Counted from the first letter of the stretch, positions 50,233 to 64,000 are shown. The stretch: 64,000 bases of DNA from Haliotis rufescens (GCF_023055435.1 NW_025963813.1:5518001-5582000), one strand, 5' to 3'. Translations and numbers: made by a program. The notes: generated by a model from the letters alone, not told the origin.

Positions 50233-51388
50233 TCACACGAGGATGTTTACATTATCACAAAGTAAATATATGTTATACTTGTGTGTATCCCTATAGAGAT
50301 GTTGGCGTTTGAAGTGAAAGCATTCTTTTCATCTCGATGCAATGCTGACAGAGGCAATCAGCGTGGTTTACTCGTGCTGATTCAATAAATACACACACGA
50401 GATTTTCACTGAGTATTAATGGATTATGATCTTATAGAAATTACAGAAATTAGTTTTCATATAACTAGTGTCCTTTCAAATGAAATATTAATGGAAAAAC
50501 GTTTGCAAATGTGTATGATAGATGGAGATAGTAATTTCGGTTATAAGATAAGATTGCCTTAAAAAATACGAAAGTTACCTAGCATCTTTTGACTCTTTTA
50601 TCGACTTTTTTTTATCAGATTCGGCAAATGAAAAAGACGAATATGAGGACAGCTATAACACAATGTGGTGAATGCCCGAAAATTCCATAGCTGACACAAT
50701 GTGTAAATAGTGGTCGAGGAATGATTGAGTCCTAAACTGATGAAGAGTCAGGTGAGGTCGTGAGGTGAAATTGGGTTCAACGTGGCGTTTAATATTCCTG
50801 CTCTTATATAGCGATAAACTGTTAACGGATTTTGGTATGACGCGGCCAGGGATCGAACCACCGATCTTTCGCTCTCCAGGCAGCCTCTTTATCCACTACA
50901 TCAGGACCAGGAGCTAGGGGTGGAGGGGATGATTAACTGATAGCAGTCCCGTGATTTGGGCGGGGTTGGTTAAACGGATCGTCTGGAAGCTTACAGCGTT
51001 AAAAGAAAGTAATAAGGGGTAGACACCATTTGTCAAATCTGGTTTGCCGCAGCTCATATCGGATAAGTGGTTATGTAAAATAACTAGACTTTGTTTAGAA
51101 AACAACTTGTCCATCTGGATTATCACGAGTATCGGGCTAACAGATAAGTGGCCGTGTCTGTCACTGATATCGAAGGAGTAACGGTAACTCGACTACAGAT
51201 GGGCTAAACCGGTAAACAAGGAAAAGTAGATAATAGCAATTTCCGGTCAGAGGGGGTCTGAGTTCGAATCTGGTCTGGAGTGTCAAGCTGATGTTGCCTT
51301 CGAGATGCGAGGACTATTTGGCGCCTCCCACATGAACAGGGTTTCTAGGCCTGTAGTGGCTCACTGCGATGAGCGAGTTGTATATAAT

Positions 51389-52078
51389 GAGACTGTCCAA
51401 CACATTGTCAGTGGATGCCCAGCTTTGGCACAAACACAGCAACTTAAACGACATGATGGTGTAGCTTGATCATTTTATAACCGTCTTCGCCATGCTTGTG
51501 GTTTTGTCACAGAGGTCCACCCATGGTACGACCCGGAATATGTGGAGGGCTTCATGGAAAATGGTAAATACAAAATTCTTTTGAATAGGCCCATTTACAG
51601 CCTTAGACGTATCCAGGCCAACAAACCTGATCTTGTCCTTTTTGATAAATCCAATGAAATCATTTATATCATTGAATTTTCTGTCCCGTTTGACACTTAT
51701 GTGATTGACAAGATTGAGGAAAAACATGGCAAATATGCGGACCTCGCTTTCGAAATGTCACGCTTGCATCCCAAGTACCAAGTTGTCCGACTCCCCATTG
51801 TTCTCGGTGCCTTAAGTTTGCTATCTCCCAATCTGTTGACTGACATTGGGAGAGTACCCGGGTTTGCTGCAAGGAATGCAGCCCCTCTGTCAATCTGGGT
51901 AATGCAGAAGGCTGCTGTGTTGGGGAGTCTTTACATTCTCAGAAAAGTTCTAGGTGGGTTTGACTAGGCAGCACTTCCTTGGAGAAGTCCCATTCGCTGT
52001 CTGGGCTGCGTGAGGATCACCCAAACCCTCTTTGCTGCATTTTTTAAATTTTAATCTGTAAATAATAATAATAATATA
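51389..52078 (+). mobile_element. 5'-truncated non-LTR retrotransposon with restriction-like endonuclease (R4/Dong-like)
   Basis: ETVQHIVSGCPAL (end of CCHC finger), KRHD, NKPDLVL..IIEFSVP..KHGKYADL, PIVLGAL, then a 3' UTR ending in (TAA)n. An in-frame stop follows RHDGVA. Confidence 0.88.
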
Positions 52079-52955
52079 AACCTTTCATGAGTGACCACAT
52101 AAGCGCAAAATTACAGAACATTGTGATTTGCCAAAAATAGTATTTCAACTGAGGAACAGAAATGTGGTCCACTTTGCATATATAAACAAATATTAGTATA
52201 CTAAATGGTATATAATGTTACCGAGGCGGTGAGATAGCCTTGTGGTAAAAGCGTTCGCTCGTCAAACCGCGAAGACCCGGGTTCTATTCCCCATATTGGT
52301 ACAATGTTCGGAGCCCATTTCTGGTGTCCCCGCTGTTATATTGCGGGAATATTGTTAATGGCGGCGTAAAACCATATTCATTCACTCATGATGCTACTTA
52401 TTTAATAGCGTACAATATCGTGCGAATGTTGAAAACACACAATCACATTCTGATCCCTGTCACGTCAACCTCATCTCAGGCACACAACTCAGGCGTCTGC
52501 AGGAGGTGGTGTCCTCAATACTCCAGCTCGTGCCTTTGAATATTGTTTGCCTCGTGAGGGCACATATAAATATGCCGTATATAAAGACAATCTTAATGTT
52601 GGGATCGTCAGTCTTCAGAGATGGGAAACAAAACGTCAGCTGGTGTGGACATACCGTCCCAGGGGGTAATCGTGGATAATGACAATTTATAACTTTTATA
52701 CCCTCTTGTATAATTAATATTTATTCTTTTTTATCCATTTATATCCATTTATATCCATTTATACCATGTATCCATTTTGAACTTATATATGTGCTAATAA
52801 CTTCAATATCCATTAAAAACTTTAAAATCCGTTAATACCTTTAATATCAGTTATAATTGTTTACTTCTATACCATTTATATCCGTTTATACCATTATTAT
52901 TCATACAAACCTGTTTTAGACGTTTTTACCTTCCAAATCCATTTATACCTTCAAG

Positions 52956-53229
52956 GGGGCACGGATGTCCCAGTCGCGATTTGCTGTGCAGAGTTGAATC
53001 CCTTGGGCATGCCAGAAACTTATGATTGTGGGTTCGAATCCCGGTTCGCCCCAATTAGGTTTCTAGGTTTGTCAGCCCCATACCCGTGCTCGTGGGTTTC
53101 ACCGAACTGGTAAACGTCTGAGACCTGCATCACTTCGGGCAGTCCTCCCACATTAAGCTGACACGCCGCGATATAACTGGAAAACTGTTAAAAGCGGCGT
53201 TGAACCCAACTCACTCACTCACTCACTCA
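52956..53229 (+). mobile_element. SINE family B inserted in (ATCCATTT)n low-complexity DNA
   Basis: Matches 58236-58515. Confidence 0.85.
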
Positions 53230-53652
53230 TAAAACCTTTAATATCCATTAAAAGAATACATTTTATATCCATTGTGATACGCTGATAGGTCTCGATAGGT
53301 CTTTTATATTTGTAATGTCCTTGATACTCCTTATAATGTTTTCAAAGTGTCGTGTCTAAATTCCATTAATATGTTTTGAAATAATCTATAAAGTAATATA
53401 TCGATATACATAAACCGCAACCGTTTATCTTTCTCATCCGCCTATCATCCTCTAAGATGGTCCCTGGGACCTTCAGGACCACACAATCAGGTCACGTGAA
53501 CTATTCGTTCTCGCCACCCACAAACGGACCCCTGGAAGGACCTCCACAGACGGATGACGTCACAAATGGCAGCAGGAATCACAATCTGAGGGTCAGGGAC
53601 ACGCCCCTTCAACAGACAAAGGTAATCATAAAAATAAGAATACATTCAAGCA

Positions 53653-53860
53653 CAGTAAGCTACGTTTATAACGAACATGCTTATAACGAACTGACGGATA
53701 TAACGAACTGGTTTTATGGCCCCAGTCGTGTGCTGTATATCTTATTATATAAAATGTGTGGATATAACGAACACGCTTATAAAGAGATAACGGTTATAGC
53801 GAAGTCACTTTGTGGTCCCGTGTGTACTTTGTCAACGACAATATTTATAACGAACTGTTC
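53653..53860 (+). mobile_element. End of a pogo/Tigger-like element related to the array MITE
   Basis: CAGTAAGCTACGTTTATAACGAACATGCTTATAACGAACTGACGGATATAA is nearly the same as the MITE start in each array unit. Confidence 0.65.
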
Positions 53861-55500
53861 ATCTCTGCTGCTGCTGCTGCTGCTGCTGTTCATGTGTCAG
53901 CCAATTAAAACATCTGCGGACACGCGCGGCTGTTCAAAGTGGCAGCTAACACATTGAAGGCAAGCGATTAACCGGATTCCTCAAATTACTACCTCAAATA
54001 ACAATAGTAAAACAGTGGCCGAATCCGCGAAACCAAGGTGTTTTAAAGCCGAACGGATCAATAAATTACAAAGGGAGGCAACTCGAGTTGTCACTGGTCA
54101 GAAGCATGGCGTAATTTGAGTTTGGTTGGTTGGTTTGTTGGTTTGTTGTTTAACGCCGCACTCATCAGTATTCCAGCTGTATGACGGCGGTCTGTAAATA
54201 ATCGAGTCTGGACCAGACAGTCCAGTACTTGACATCATGAGCATCGATCCACGCTATTAGGATCGATGACATGCGTCAACCAAGTCAGCGAGTCTGACCA
54301 CCCGACCCGGTTGGTCGCCTTTTACGACAAGCATGGGCTGCTGAAGACCTATTCTACCCCGGAATTTTCACGGGTCCGTAAACTGAGGGCAAATCTTTTT
54401 TCTTTTCTTTTTCTTTTCTTTTTTTTCCGAAACAAAAATGTTAAACGTCCATTGAATTCCGCCACAATAAACGGAAACTTAAACTTTGAATTAATACTGA
54501 TAAAGCATATCACCGTGGTTCACTAAGCAAAGTTCGAATCCCGCTTCACCCTGATTATGTTTCTAGGTTTGCCTGTACCATACCCGTGGCTGTGGGTAAT
54601 TACAGTGGTAAACGTCACAGATCTGCATTACTTCGGGCTTTCCTTCTTCATCAAGAAGACACACCATGACACAACTGAAATACTGATCAAAGCTACCTTA
54701 ACCCAAATGAATCACTCACTCGTATTGTTCGTTACAATTCAGTGAGTAAGAAAGTTGGCTTTAGAGCAATCAAACAACGACAACACCCTTGATCTTTCTG
54801 TCAATATTGACAGTGCAGACACCTTGAACTAGTGACCTCGTCATTTACCGGTGGTCACGATCACAGACAGCTGTCCTGCGCATACCGTCCCCGTGTGGTG
54901 TGGTGTGGTGTGGTGTGGTGTGGTGAAATGCGTTAACGTCGCTTTAAAATATATCACTTTTGTAGCGGCGAGATTCAGGGGCTGCTTGTTATAGTTTGGA
55001 CCGGTTTTATAATGCTATCCCAATAAGTTATCATGCCGCAGTTTAACATGAATACATGCATACTCAGACAAATTTTAGTATACTGACTCCGAGCCGGCCA
55101 GTCGTGCGTCTGTCAAGGAAACAACACATTTCTTACCTTGTATATGGTAGCCGAGAGCAGATATCGCTTTCTTGTCTTCAATTACTTGTATCTCGTTTCA
55201 TATCTGGTTACTAAATAGGCAATTTTTCACCATGTACCGCCTGATAGGCAATTTAAATATTTCATATACGCCTTTGGTAAATTACAAGTTTCTTACCAAA
55301 ACAAATTCATTATTATCTCGAAACTGAACACAAATTCGGTTCTGCGAACTTAACACAGGGCCTTGATAATAATTGTACTGTTCATGTCAACAGCGACTTT
55401 CGGATATAACGTTTTTCCAGTTCAATCCTTTCTTTTTCAGCTGTTGTAATTCTTTGCATCCGAATCTGATTGGTTATCACAACAGTCAGTGTAAATTATG

Positions 55501-56073
55501 CATAGGAACGTACATCCTCCCGAGGCAAGGAAGTTAACTGATTGTAAAAGTTCAGTTTCCACCCTTGTCGAGCTAAGATGGGATTTCTGGGCTCGATCGT
55601 AGCGCCACCAGTGGCTATTACGAGTTATGTCCCTTCTATGTCCCTCCTACTGACCAATCAGGTCTCACCTCGCATATCACTTGCATTTGCTTCAAACAAA
55701 ATGCGCCCAGTCAAGACGATCTGATCGATAATAAAGATCTTGATTGCAATAAAACGGCTTTACCTCGCGACGTGCTTCAAATCACTTAAGCACCTTGATT
55801 AAAAACACGAAAAGATTTGGGAAATATCTGTTGACGCCCAGTTGACGGTACACATACTCTGCAAATCCCGCAATCGAACGAATTAGGCATAACAGTTGCC
55901 ATGTTGTTTATGAACCGGATGTCGATATCGTAATGGGATTTTGATTGGATTATGCACAGACTCGTTAGTCCAGTTAAAATACAACTCCATAATTCCAGCC
56001 TAGTTCGGCAAGGGTGGAAACTGAACTTTTAAAGTCAGTTTACTCGCTTGCTTCGGGAAGACGATGAACCTAT
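55501..56073. mobile_element. MITE-like element with long imperfect TIRs (partial copy at ~40850-41030)
   Basis: AAAAGTTCAGTTTCCACCCTTGTCGAGCTA at left is inverted as TAGTTCGGCAAGGGTGGAAACTGAACTTTT at right. Confidence 0.65.
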
Positions 56074-56924
56074 AGACAATAACTAATGAACACAGCTCTT
56101 ACTACGAGTAGCTTGAAAATGATCGACAGAAACAAGTGGAAAAGGACAATTTCCAGGAGAGAAAATATGACCCAAGTTCGAGTGTGAAATATTGCTAAGG
56201 ACAAATTAACAATGTTGAAACAAGCAATAGCAATATGTAAATTAGATTAAGCAATGAAAAAAATACTTTGAAATGTATTTGAATAAACAAGACATTAATC
56301 AATATATGCAAATTTATTTGTGTTCACATAAAGAGAAAAATATGACAAATTGTTATCATTGCAAAAATGTATCTGAGAATCCTGCTGTATGTGCATTGTG
56401 AGGCGACTGCTGTGTCACCTTGTGTTTTTCACAAGTTGAAAGATGTCAAAATGTTTGAGAGACCCTTCAGGGAAAACTGTTTGCCTAAAACAGAACTACA
56501 GATACATTTTAGCCTTTCCATTGCTTTGAAAGAACTTTGCAAGTTGGACAACTACTATATACATACTATTGTGAAAAAAAAACGAGAAAATAATTAGGAT
56601 CTAAGACTGTGAAGGCTGGTCAATGTATAGAAATGATAATTCTCTCTACAGAGAAAATGAAATAAAACATAATTCCTATGATATCATATCTGTGAAACTT
56701 CGTGCTTGTTACCCTGTGGCTAAAATTAGAAGAATTGACGTCACTCTGCATGTATGTTCATGCTGCCTGCCCACTGCAGGATTATCTCGTGCAAATCACC
56801 CGGTTGTTTTTTTCATTTCACTTGTCGGTCAGGAAAATCTGCATCAAGTCGATGCTTTAGTGTCCGTCGTAAGATATCGATATGTGTATGAATTATGTAC
56901 CCTGTGATTATGTGTAATATCGAT

Positions 56925-57188
56925 CGTAATCGTAGCTCGTGTGTGTGTTTGTGTTCGCGTTTGTAAGAAGGCGGTTGTCCAACAAGGGCTGTATTTCTCT
57001 GTCCATACTTTCAGTTTCAAAGTGATCCATGGCTGACAAGTTGCGAGTAAGAGTGAGTGTGGACACTGTCGCACTATGTGACATGTATGTGTGGTATGTT
57101 GTATGTGTGTGCACTGCCCAATTGTGGGCCGCATTGTCCGGACTGATTTTGAATTTATTGCTGACATATGTTTGGTTCGTGTTTCCAT
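56925..57188. repeat. ~264-bp block duplicated at ~59470-59733; flanking 56680-56905 partly repeated at 57185-57360 and 57785-57830
   Basis: Near-identical sequence, also visible as matching spurious ORFs 56908-57114 and 59402-59659. Confidence 0.85.
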
Positions 57189-58235
57189 GACATCATGTCT
57201 GTGAAACTTCGTGCTTGTCACCCTGTGGCTAAAATTAGAAGTAGTGACGTCACTCTGCATTCATGTTCATGCTGCTGCCCACTGCAGGATTATCTCGTGC
57301 AAATCACCCGGGTGTTTTTTTCATTTCACTTGTGGGTCAGGAAAACCTGCATCAAGTATCATGCACCTGTTGTCAGTTTCTGCACGCTGTGGAGGCAAAA
57401 TGAATTTAGGAGTGGACAGGCTTCAACCAAGGTCAGTAATAAATTTGATAGAAAATAACCTATATGGCGGCAGCAGATTGATTTGTGTGTGTGATGACAA
57501 GTTTTGCAGAGGCGGATCCGGGAATTTGAAAAGGAAGGGGGGGGGGGGGGGGGGGGGGGTGTATGGGTGTCACCAACACACAACCGAGGGCACAGTTAAC
57601 GTGAATGGTGTCTGAAAATGGAGGGGTACACCCCTCCCCGCAATTCCCCATCTTTGTCAGTGTCTTGTAGTGGAGAGTGGGGAACAGATTTAATGACTTC
57701 ACGCGTGTTAAGTACAAAAGGCCAATCAGTCGTTGACTTTTTTCTCGTCTCACATGAACTATTGGGTGTGCTTACTGACTTTGGTGTCCGTCGTAAGATA
57801 TCGATAGGGGTATGAATTATGTACCCTGTGTGTGAGCCTGTGTATAACGAGCTGTCACGGTACATCACACCATATGCCCCTAGGGATCGGTTGACAACGA
57901 ATTTATCTCAACGGCATTCACTCGGAATATCAAAATGTCACCGAGTAAACAGTTTCACCGAGTAAAGCGCTTTGATTCAGCCATGCTGACAGCTAGGTAC
58001 TTCCCTTTAGCCAAAGCATTCGGATAAAAATCGGTTCCTAACCTTAGGTAAATTGCTGATGTCTCCTACGTATCGTTGACTCAACGATACTTATGCGAGA
58101 TCAGCAGGTTACCTAAGGTGTGTTACGACTGATTTCTCAGCGGGAACCATGAGCAGGCTACATGGAAATCGGAAGCTAGTATTGTAATGTAAGGGGAGGT
58201 AATACTTTATATCGGGATCACTCATAACCATAAGA

Positions 58236-58515
58236 GTGAGTGAGTGAGTTGGGTTTAACGCCGCTTTTAACAGTATGCCAGTTATATCGCGGCGTGTCAG
58301 CTTAATGTGGGAGGAAAGCCCGAAGAGATGCAGGTCTCAGACGTTTACCACTTCGGTGAAACCCACGAGCACGGGTATAGTGCTGACAAACCTAGAAACA
58401 TAATCGGGGCGAACCGGGATTCGAACCCACAATCATAGGTTTCTGGCGTGCCCAAAGGACGCAACTCTGCACAGCGAATCGCGGCGCCTTAGACGACTGG
58501 TCCACCCGTGCCCCC
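58236..58515 (-). mobile_element. SINE family B, full length and apparently young
   Basis: Complete head and tail with a 13-bp TSD CATAACCATAAGA (58223-58235 and 58516-58528). Confidence 0.92.
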
Positions 58516-61500
58516 CATAACCATAAGAAATAAACACATAACCGGTATAACCTGCAAGGTATGATAAACCAGTATGGCCAGATTTTAAATAAATGGAATG
58601 AGCTAGCCCAAGGAGAACCACGGTTTGTACACACGAGAGCTGTATTTTATGATTATACAAGACAGATATAAATTACAATGTCCCTCTGACCTAGAAACTG
58701 AGAGACTAGCCAGGTTTGTGCTAAATTACAAGTGTTTGAGTAGAGGCGGGGACACTGACGATGTACAGCAGCAGCCGCCACATGGACATCACCGACACAC
58801 AGTCTGATCAGGTACAGCGTGATCTATGTTATTGACTGCGTGTGTGCTTACTTGCGTGTGTGTAGATACAATACGATACAATCCTTTTCCGTTGTTTGAC
58901 AAGGGCATGGGTTACACTGACGTCATGTATTCGCAACATATTTAATATTATCCAGTTATTCGTTACCGTAACTATGCTAGGTCCATGAGTTGCAAGTCGA
59001 GTTGCTTTTGTAATTTAAGCACTACTGATCTTTACATATTCTGCATGACAGTATAACGAGATAAGGCAAAATAACAGTTTCCCTTACACGGGCGTCTCTA
59101 TTTTTAGGAAAAATACATACCTATATTTATCACAAATGACAGTATGTCAAATTCAGATAGACATAATCTTTTCGTGTTCTAATAACCTTTCGGTGAACTT
59201 TATGTGTCGGGTCTTTTGGTGTTATCTTTTTTAATTATTAGTGTTCAGCTGTCTTCATTTTCCCACTCGCATGACACACACCACAAACTGACCTTGAACT
59301 ATTCCGAATTTCCCGAGCTATCCTGGGATTGAAAATGTCTCACATGAGACGTCCAAGCTCTGCGCGCGTCACACTGAACTGCAGACATGGAGTTGACAGA
59401 CCTAGGTGACATTGCCGTAAGTGACAACAATGTTTGATAAGAGCATCACAGATAACAACCGTGGTAGGCCGTAATCGTAGCTCGTGTGTGTGTTTGTGTT
59501 CGCGTTTGTAAGAAGGCGGTTGTCCAACAAGGGCTGTATTTCTCTGTCCATACTTTCAGTTTCAAAGTGATCCATGGCTGACAAGTTGCGAGTAAGAGTG
59601 AGTGTGGACACTGTCGCGCTTTGTGACATGTATGTGTGGTATGTTGTATGTGTGTGCACTGCACAGTTGTGGACCGCATTGTCCGGACTGATTTTGAATT
59701 TATTGCTGACATATTTTTGGTTCGTGTTTCCATGCTAAGTGTTTACATATTCATTTAGGACACGCCATCCCGGCTGATATTTTCTACCGTCGGATTAGCT
59801 GCGGTTTCCACCTGCGGTTCTTTATTTAACCAGGTTTCTAATTTGTCACAACTAGGGCTACGGATCGGCCAGTTAGAGATGTGTGCCAATGTGTGCGGCG
59901 ATTTACAGCTCCGATTGGCTAAAAATCATAAAGGATTTTGAAATCCGGTATAACAATCTCTTTCTTAATCATTCACCTCAAAACACGTATACGAGATCGC
60001 AATAAGGCGAAGTTTGAAAAAGAATGATTAGATCGAAAACAAAACGTGAAGCTGTTTCGTCTCGGGTTTTTTTCAAAACCAGTACCAACTTTTGTTTTTG
60101 ACATAAAATCTTTATTTAAAGTAATGCCTTGGATTAACTGAAGCCTGGGCGCAATAAAGTTCGATTCAGTCTCTTTGAGTATTCTCTAACATACTGGGAA
60201 CACGCGTTATTATGTTTGAACTGTTGTTAAAAGCGAGAGTGGGGAGGCTCTGCTCTACATCCTGAAGCCCATGTTCGGTGTCTAGACATTGTAATAAGTG
60301 TCATGTAATAAACTCCGTCGCAGTGGTGACTCAGCATAACACCACTGCCACAGGCTAATTTGCATATCACGTGACCGGACTTTTCTCTTGTTTGTAAACA
60401 AACGCGCTTTTTCAGAAATCAGTATAGAACAGACTAATGCAAGTATTTGGGGGCGCTTCACATATTGTTTTGCATAACTATATAGATATGCTACTACAAC
60501 TGCGACAGTGAGTTGCATGACAATATATATTTATGCATCAAAGTGACCGTGTCGCTAGCTCTCCGTTGGGCTTCGATGACAGCACGTGGAGCCGTACAAC
60601 CAATGTAAACATAGGATAACTACGCAAAAACAAGTAGATTTTTACGTATTTGCATACTTTCTCAATGAAAGTTAACCATTCTTTGACATTTGTTTATGAA
60701 AATGTGTAGACTTGTCAAACATGAAACGGATGAAAAGCATATGCAATATCTTGAATGGACTGTGAAAGATGTGACGAATCGTCACATGGCGCTGGCCTGT
60801 GGCAGAGGTACTATGCTAGCTGGCTGCCGGCCGCATGGAACTCTGGGTAGGAGAGTGCTGTTGGCCCAGTTGTCTCAGGTGCCGCAAGTCGTTGTGCAGA
60901 GTTGCGTCCCTTGGGTACGCCAGAAACCTATTATTGTGTGATCGAATACCGGTTCACCCTGGTTATGTTTCTAGGTTTGTCAGCACCATATCCGTGCTCG
61001 TGTGTTTCACCAAAGTGGTAAACGTGCGAGACATGCATCACTTGGGGCTTACCTCCCACATTAAGCTGACATGCCGTTACAGAACTGGTATTCTGTTAAA
61101 AGCGGCGTTAATCCCAACTCACTCACTCACTCTGTGTCGTTAGGATAATCATGAACTGTTACACTGATATATACTACTCAAAGAATGGCACGACAGACTA
61201 ACTACAGTAATATGAAAGACAAAGGCTTTCTTTAACTACTTTTGAGAAGTATACATAGGCACTCAAAGTATTGTTTGAACGACTTGAATCACCTTTGCTT
61301 GGCCGGGTTCGAACAGGTCTTCAGCATCCCATGCTTGTCGAAAGAGGCGACTACCGGGATCGGGTGGTCAGGCTCGTTGAATTGGTTGATACATGGCGTA
61401 TACCATTTGCGTAGATCGATGCTCATGATGTCAATCACTAGAGTGTCTTATCCAGACTCGATTATTTACAGACCGCCGTCATATGGCTGGAATATTGCTG

Positions 61501-62939
61501 TGTGCGGCGTTAAACGACGAGCAAACAAAGAAACAACACCTTTGCAAGGCCTGCCGATTTATATGAACCTGGGTCCCCTTTTAGCTTCTAACTTATTCAT
61601 ATACGCACGCCTGTTTGTTGTTTTCACAGGAAACGGAACTAGTTGAAGAGTGCTTCCTTCTGGGAAGGATTGAGGGAAGGGAAATTGACAGTCTAGGCGT
61701 TGCCCTCCGTGTTACTGAGGTAGCGCCCTCTAACAGCGGTATTTACGACGGTAAGCGATATGACCTTACAAGGGATAGAAATCGGCTATCAGCGACAGAA
61801 CCAAATGCGTGTAAATTAATTAGAAAACATGAACGTATATAGTATCAGACTTCATGAAAGCGCGATGTGAGTTAGGCCTAAGACGTCGACCACTGTGATA
61901 AACTCAATCAGAAACGATACGGTTTTGAGAGGCCACTCTCGAGGGTTCTCATGATATCAATCACTGGATTGTCTGGTCCAGACACGATTATGTACAGACC
62001 GCCGTCATATAGCTGGAACATTGCTGAGTGCGGCGTTAAACAACACGCCACCACCACCAACAACAACCGCAGGGTTCCGTTTCGCAGATGATGCGCTGGG
62101 ATCATAAACGACGATCGGGTCCTTGCAGCTTGGGGACGCAACTCTGCATAGCGAAATGCAGTGCCTCAGACTATCGGTCATGATGAGCACCCTGGCATTA
62201 AATGTGTGTGTGTTTGTGTGTTGATTAACGCCACTCTCAGCAATATTCCAGGTATATGACGGTGGTCTTGGTCAGACAATCTGGTGATTGACATCATGAG
62301 TATCGATCTTCACATTCAACTAAATGGCGAAGTATGACCACTCAATCCCCAATGTAGTCAGTTCTTACGACAAACATGAGCTACTAAACTGATTATAGGA
62401 TATTTCTGAAACACCTGTTGACGAGAAACCCTTTTTCATATTACTGGTACAAAACGTGAGTGAGATCTAATTCCAGATCAGTGATTGGCTGCTACAGGAT
62501 GATGACCTGAGGTCAGATTATGACGGAGTACTTTCCTGGTTGTTATTCATTGATATGTTTCTTGTGCTTCATCTGAATTCACCTTTATCTGTGTCGAAAC
62601 TTTATGGTTTTAGAGCTTTTAATATTTATTTTGATCTTATCTTGTTTGCATTAATATCATCGCCATTATAATCCACAGATAAAGCGTGTGTTTGTTGAGG
62701 GTCGCACTGGGTTTGAGTAGCAGTAAGCCGGATGACGTCACACTGTATTATACGCTTCTCCGATCATGAGAATAGACAAAATATGATCCTAAAATGGTGC
62801 TTTAATACCAATTATCTTACAACGAGTTGTTTCAAACCTTCGCTCGTTAGATACGGTTTGAAACAACTCGTTCCATGGATCTTTACACAGGACCGTGCTC
62901 GTTCTAAGATATACCCCAGATTAAGATCATAGTGAGTGA

Positions 62940-63198
62940 GTGGACCAGCTGAAACAGTTGCGTCCCTTGGGCACGCCAGAAACCTATGATTATGGGTTCG
63001 AATCCCGGTTCGCCCCAAGTATGTTTCTAGGTTTGTCAGCACCATACCCGTGCTCGTGGGTTTCACCGAAGTGGTAAACGTCTGAGACCTGCATCACTTC
63101 GGGCTTTCCTCCCACATTAAGCTGACACGCCGTGATATAACTGGAATACTGTTAAAAGCGACGTTAAACCAAACTCACTCACTCACTCACTCACTCAC
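62940..63198 (+). mobile_element. SINE family B copy
   Basis: Body and (CACT)n tail match 58236-58515. Confidence 0.85.
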
Positions 63199-63424
63199 TG
63201 TGTTAATCTGACTGACAATGAAACCGCATTTCCTAAGCAGGCGTCTTCTATTCATGTCATCAAATTAATTAATCATTCATGTGAAATGTTGTTAAACTAC
63301 CGACTTAATTTCAGGACACAGTTCAGCAAGTTTGGGTAAGAATTCCAACGAACCATATATACTCTTAATAACTGGTATTGATACCACATTAAACGCAGAT
63401 ATATCAGTCTATATGGAGACTACT

Positions 63425-64000
63425 TAATACTAACATTGGTAGTTTTACACCTGTATTGTGTGAAATACTAACATTAACAGCGCGAGTTATGCCCGTTTTC
63501 TGTAAAATACTAACAGTGGTAACGTGTTACAAGAACTATGTATATCACTTTATTCAGGTGAGTTACATACATATCAAATGTAAAATACTAACAGTGGTAG
63601 CGTAAATTATTGACCTGTATTATGTTGTAAAATACTAGCATTGGTTGCGTAAGTTACACATCTGTATTCTGTAAAATACTAACATATAATATAATATAAA
63701 TAATAGCGCGAGTCATATCCTTGTATATTGTAAAATACTAACATTGGCAGCGTGAGTAATATCCATATCAACTGTAAAATACTAACATTGGTTGCGTGAA
63801 TTATACACCAGGCCCTGTATTCTGTAAAATACTAACATTAACAGCGTGAGTTATGTACATGTATATTGTGAAATACTAACATTCGTAGAGTGTAGCAAGA
63901 ACTATGTCACTTAATACAGGTAAGTAATATAAACTGTATTCTGTAAAATACTAAGGGTGTTGTAAGCGATACACATGTATGAGTTATACGCAAATATACT
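63425..64000. repeat. Degenerate ~45-50-bp minisatellite
   Basis: Recurrent CTGTATTCTGTAAAATACTAACATTGGT..GCGTGAGTTAT motif running off the window end. Confidence 0.85.

Noticed and set aside
51542-51967. Standalone PD-(D/E)xK nuclease gene
   Set aside because: It is the C-terminal endonuclease of a truncated retrotransposon, with an upstream stop and a TAA tail.
53622-53957. C-terminal part of the 166-aa ORF at 53457
   Set aside because: It reads through a transposon end and a (CTG)n repeat.

Overview
Animal genomic DNA with spliceosomal introns and many tRNA-derived SINEs. The repeat landscape suggests a mollusc, possibly an abalone-like gastropod (inference only). Left half (1-~32.4 kb): a head-to-tail array of ~3.09-kb units with 10 complete, near-identical copies of a two-exon minus-strand gene that the ORF track mis-starts. 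The spliced product is a 135-aa precursor: signal peptide MRLLNVAVVVVLVFLGSVLG plus a 115-aa mature chain made only of Gly (86), His (26) and Lys (3). Each copy has its own TATA/Inr/CCAAT promoter, poly(A) signal and co-amplified MITE. The array runs off the left edge and ends in degraded sequence next to a 136-N gap. Right half: (i) a multi-exon papain-family, cathepsin L-like protease (+) with its catalytic Cys on a 28-nt microexon, a paired Cys-to-Val loss of the Cys22-Cys63 disulfide, a Cys-rich loop insertion, and a 5' end hit by a SINE plus a 191-bp duplication; (ii) a convergent three-exon AA15-type copper lytic polysaccharide monooxygenase (-); (iii) SINEs of four families, Tc1/mariner relics, MITEs, an RLE-type non-LTR retrotransposon fragment and simple repeats. 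The strongest candidate for an undescribed system is the amplified secreted poly-(Gly3-4-His) gene array.
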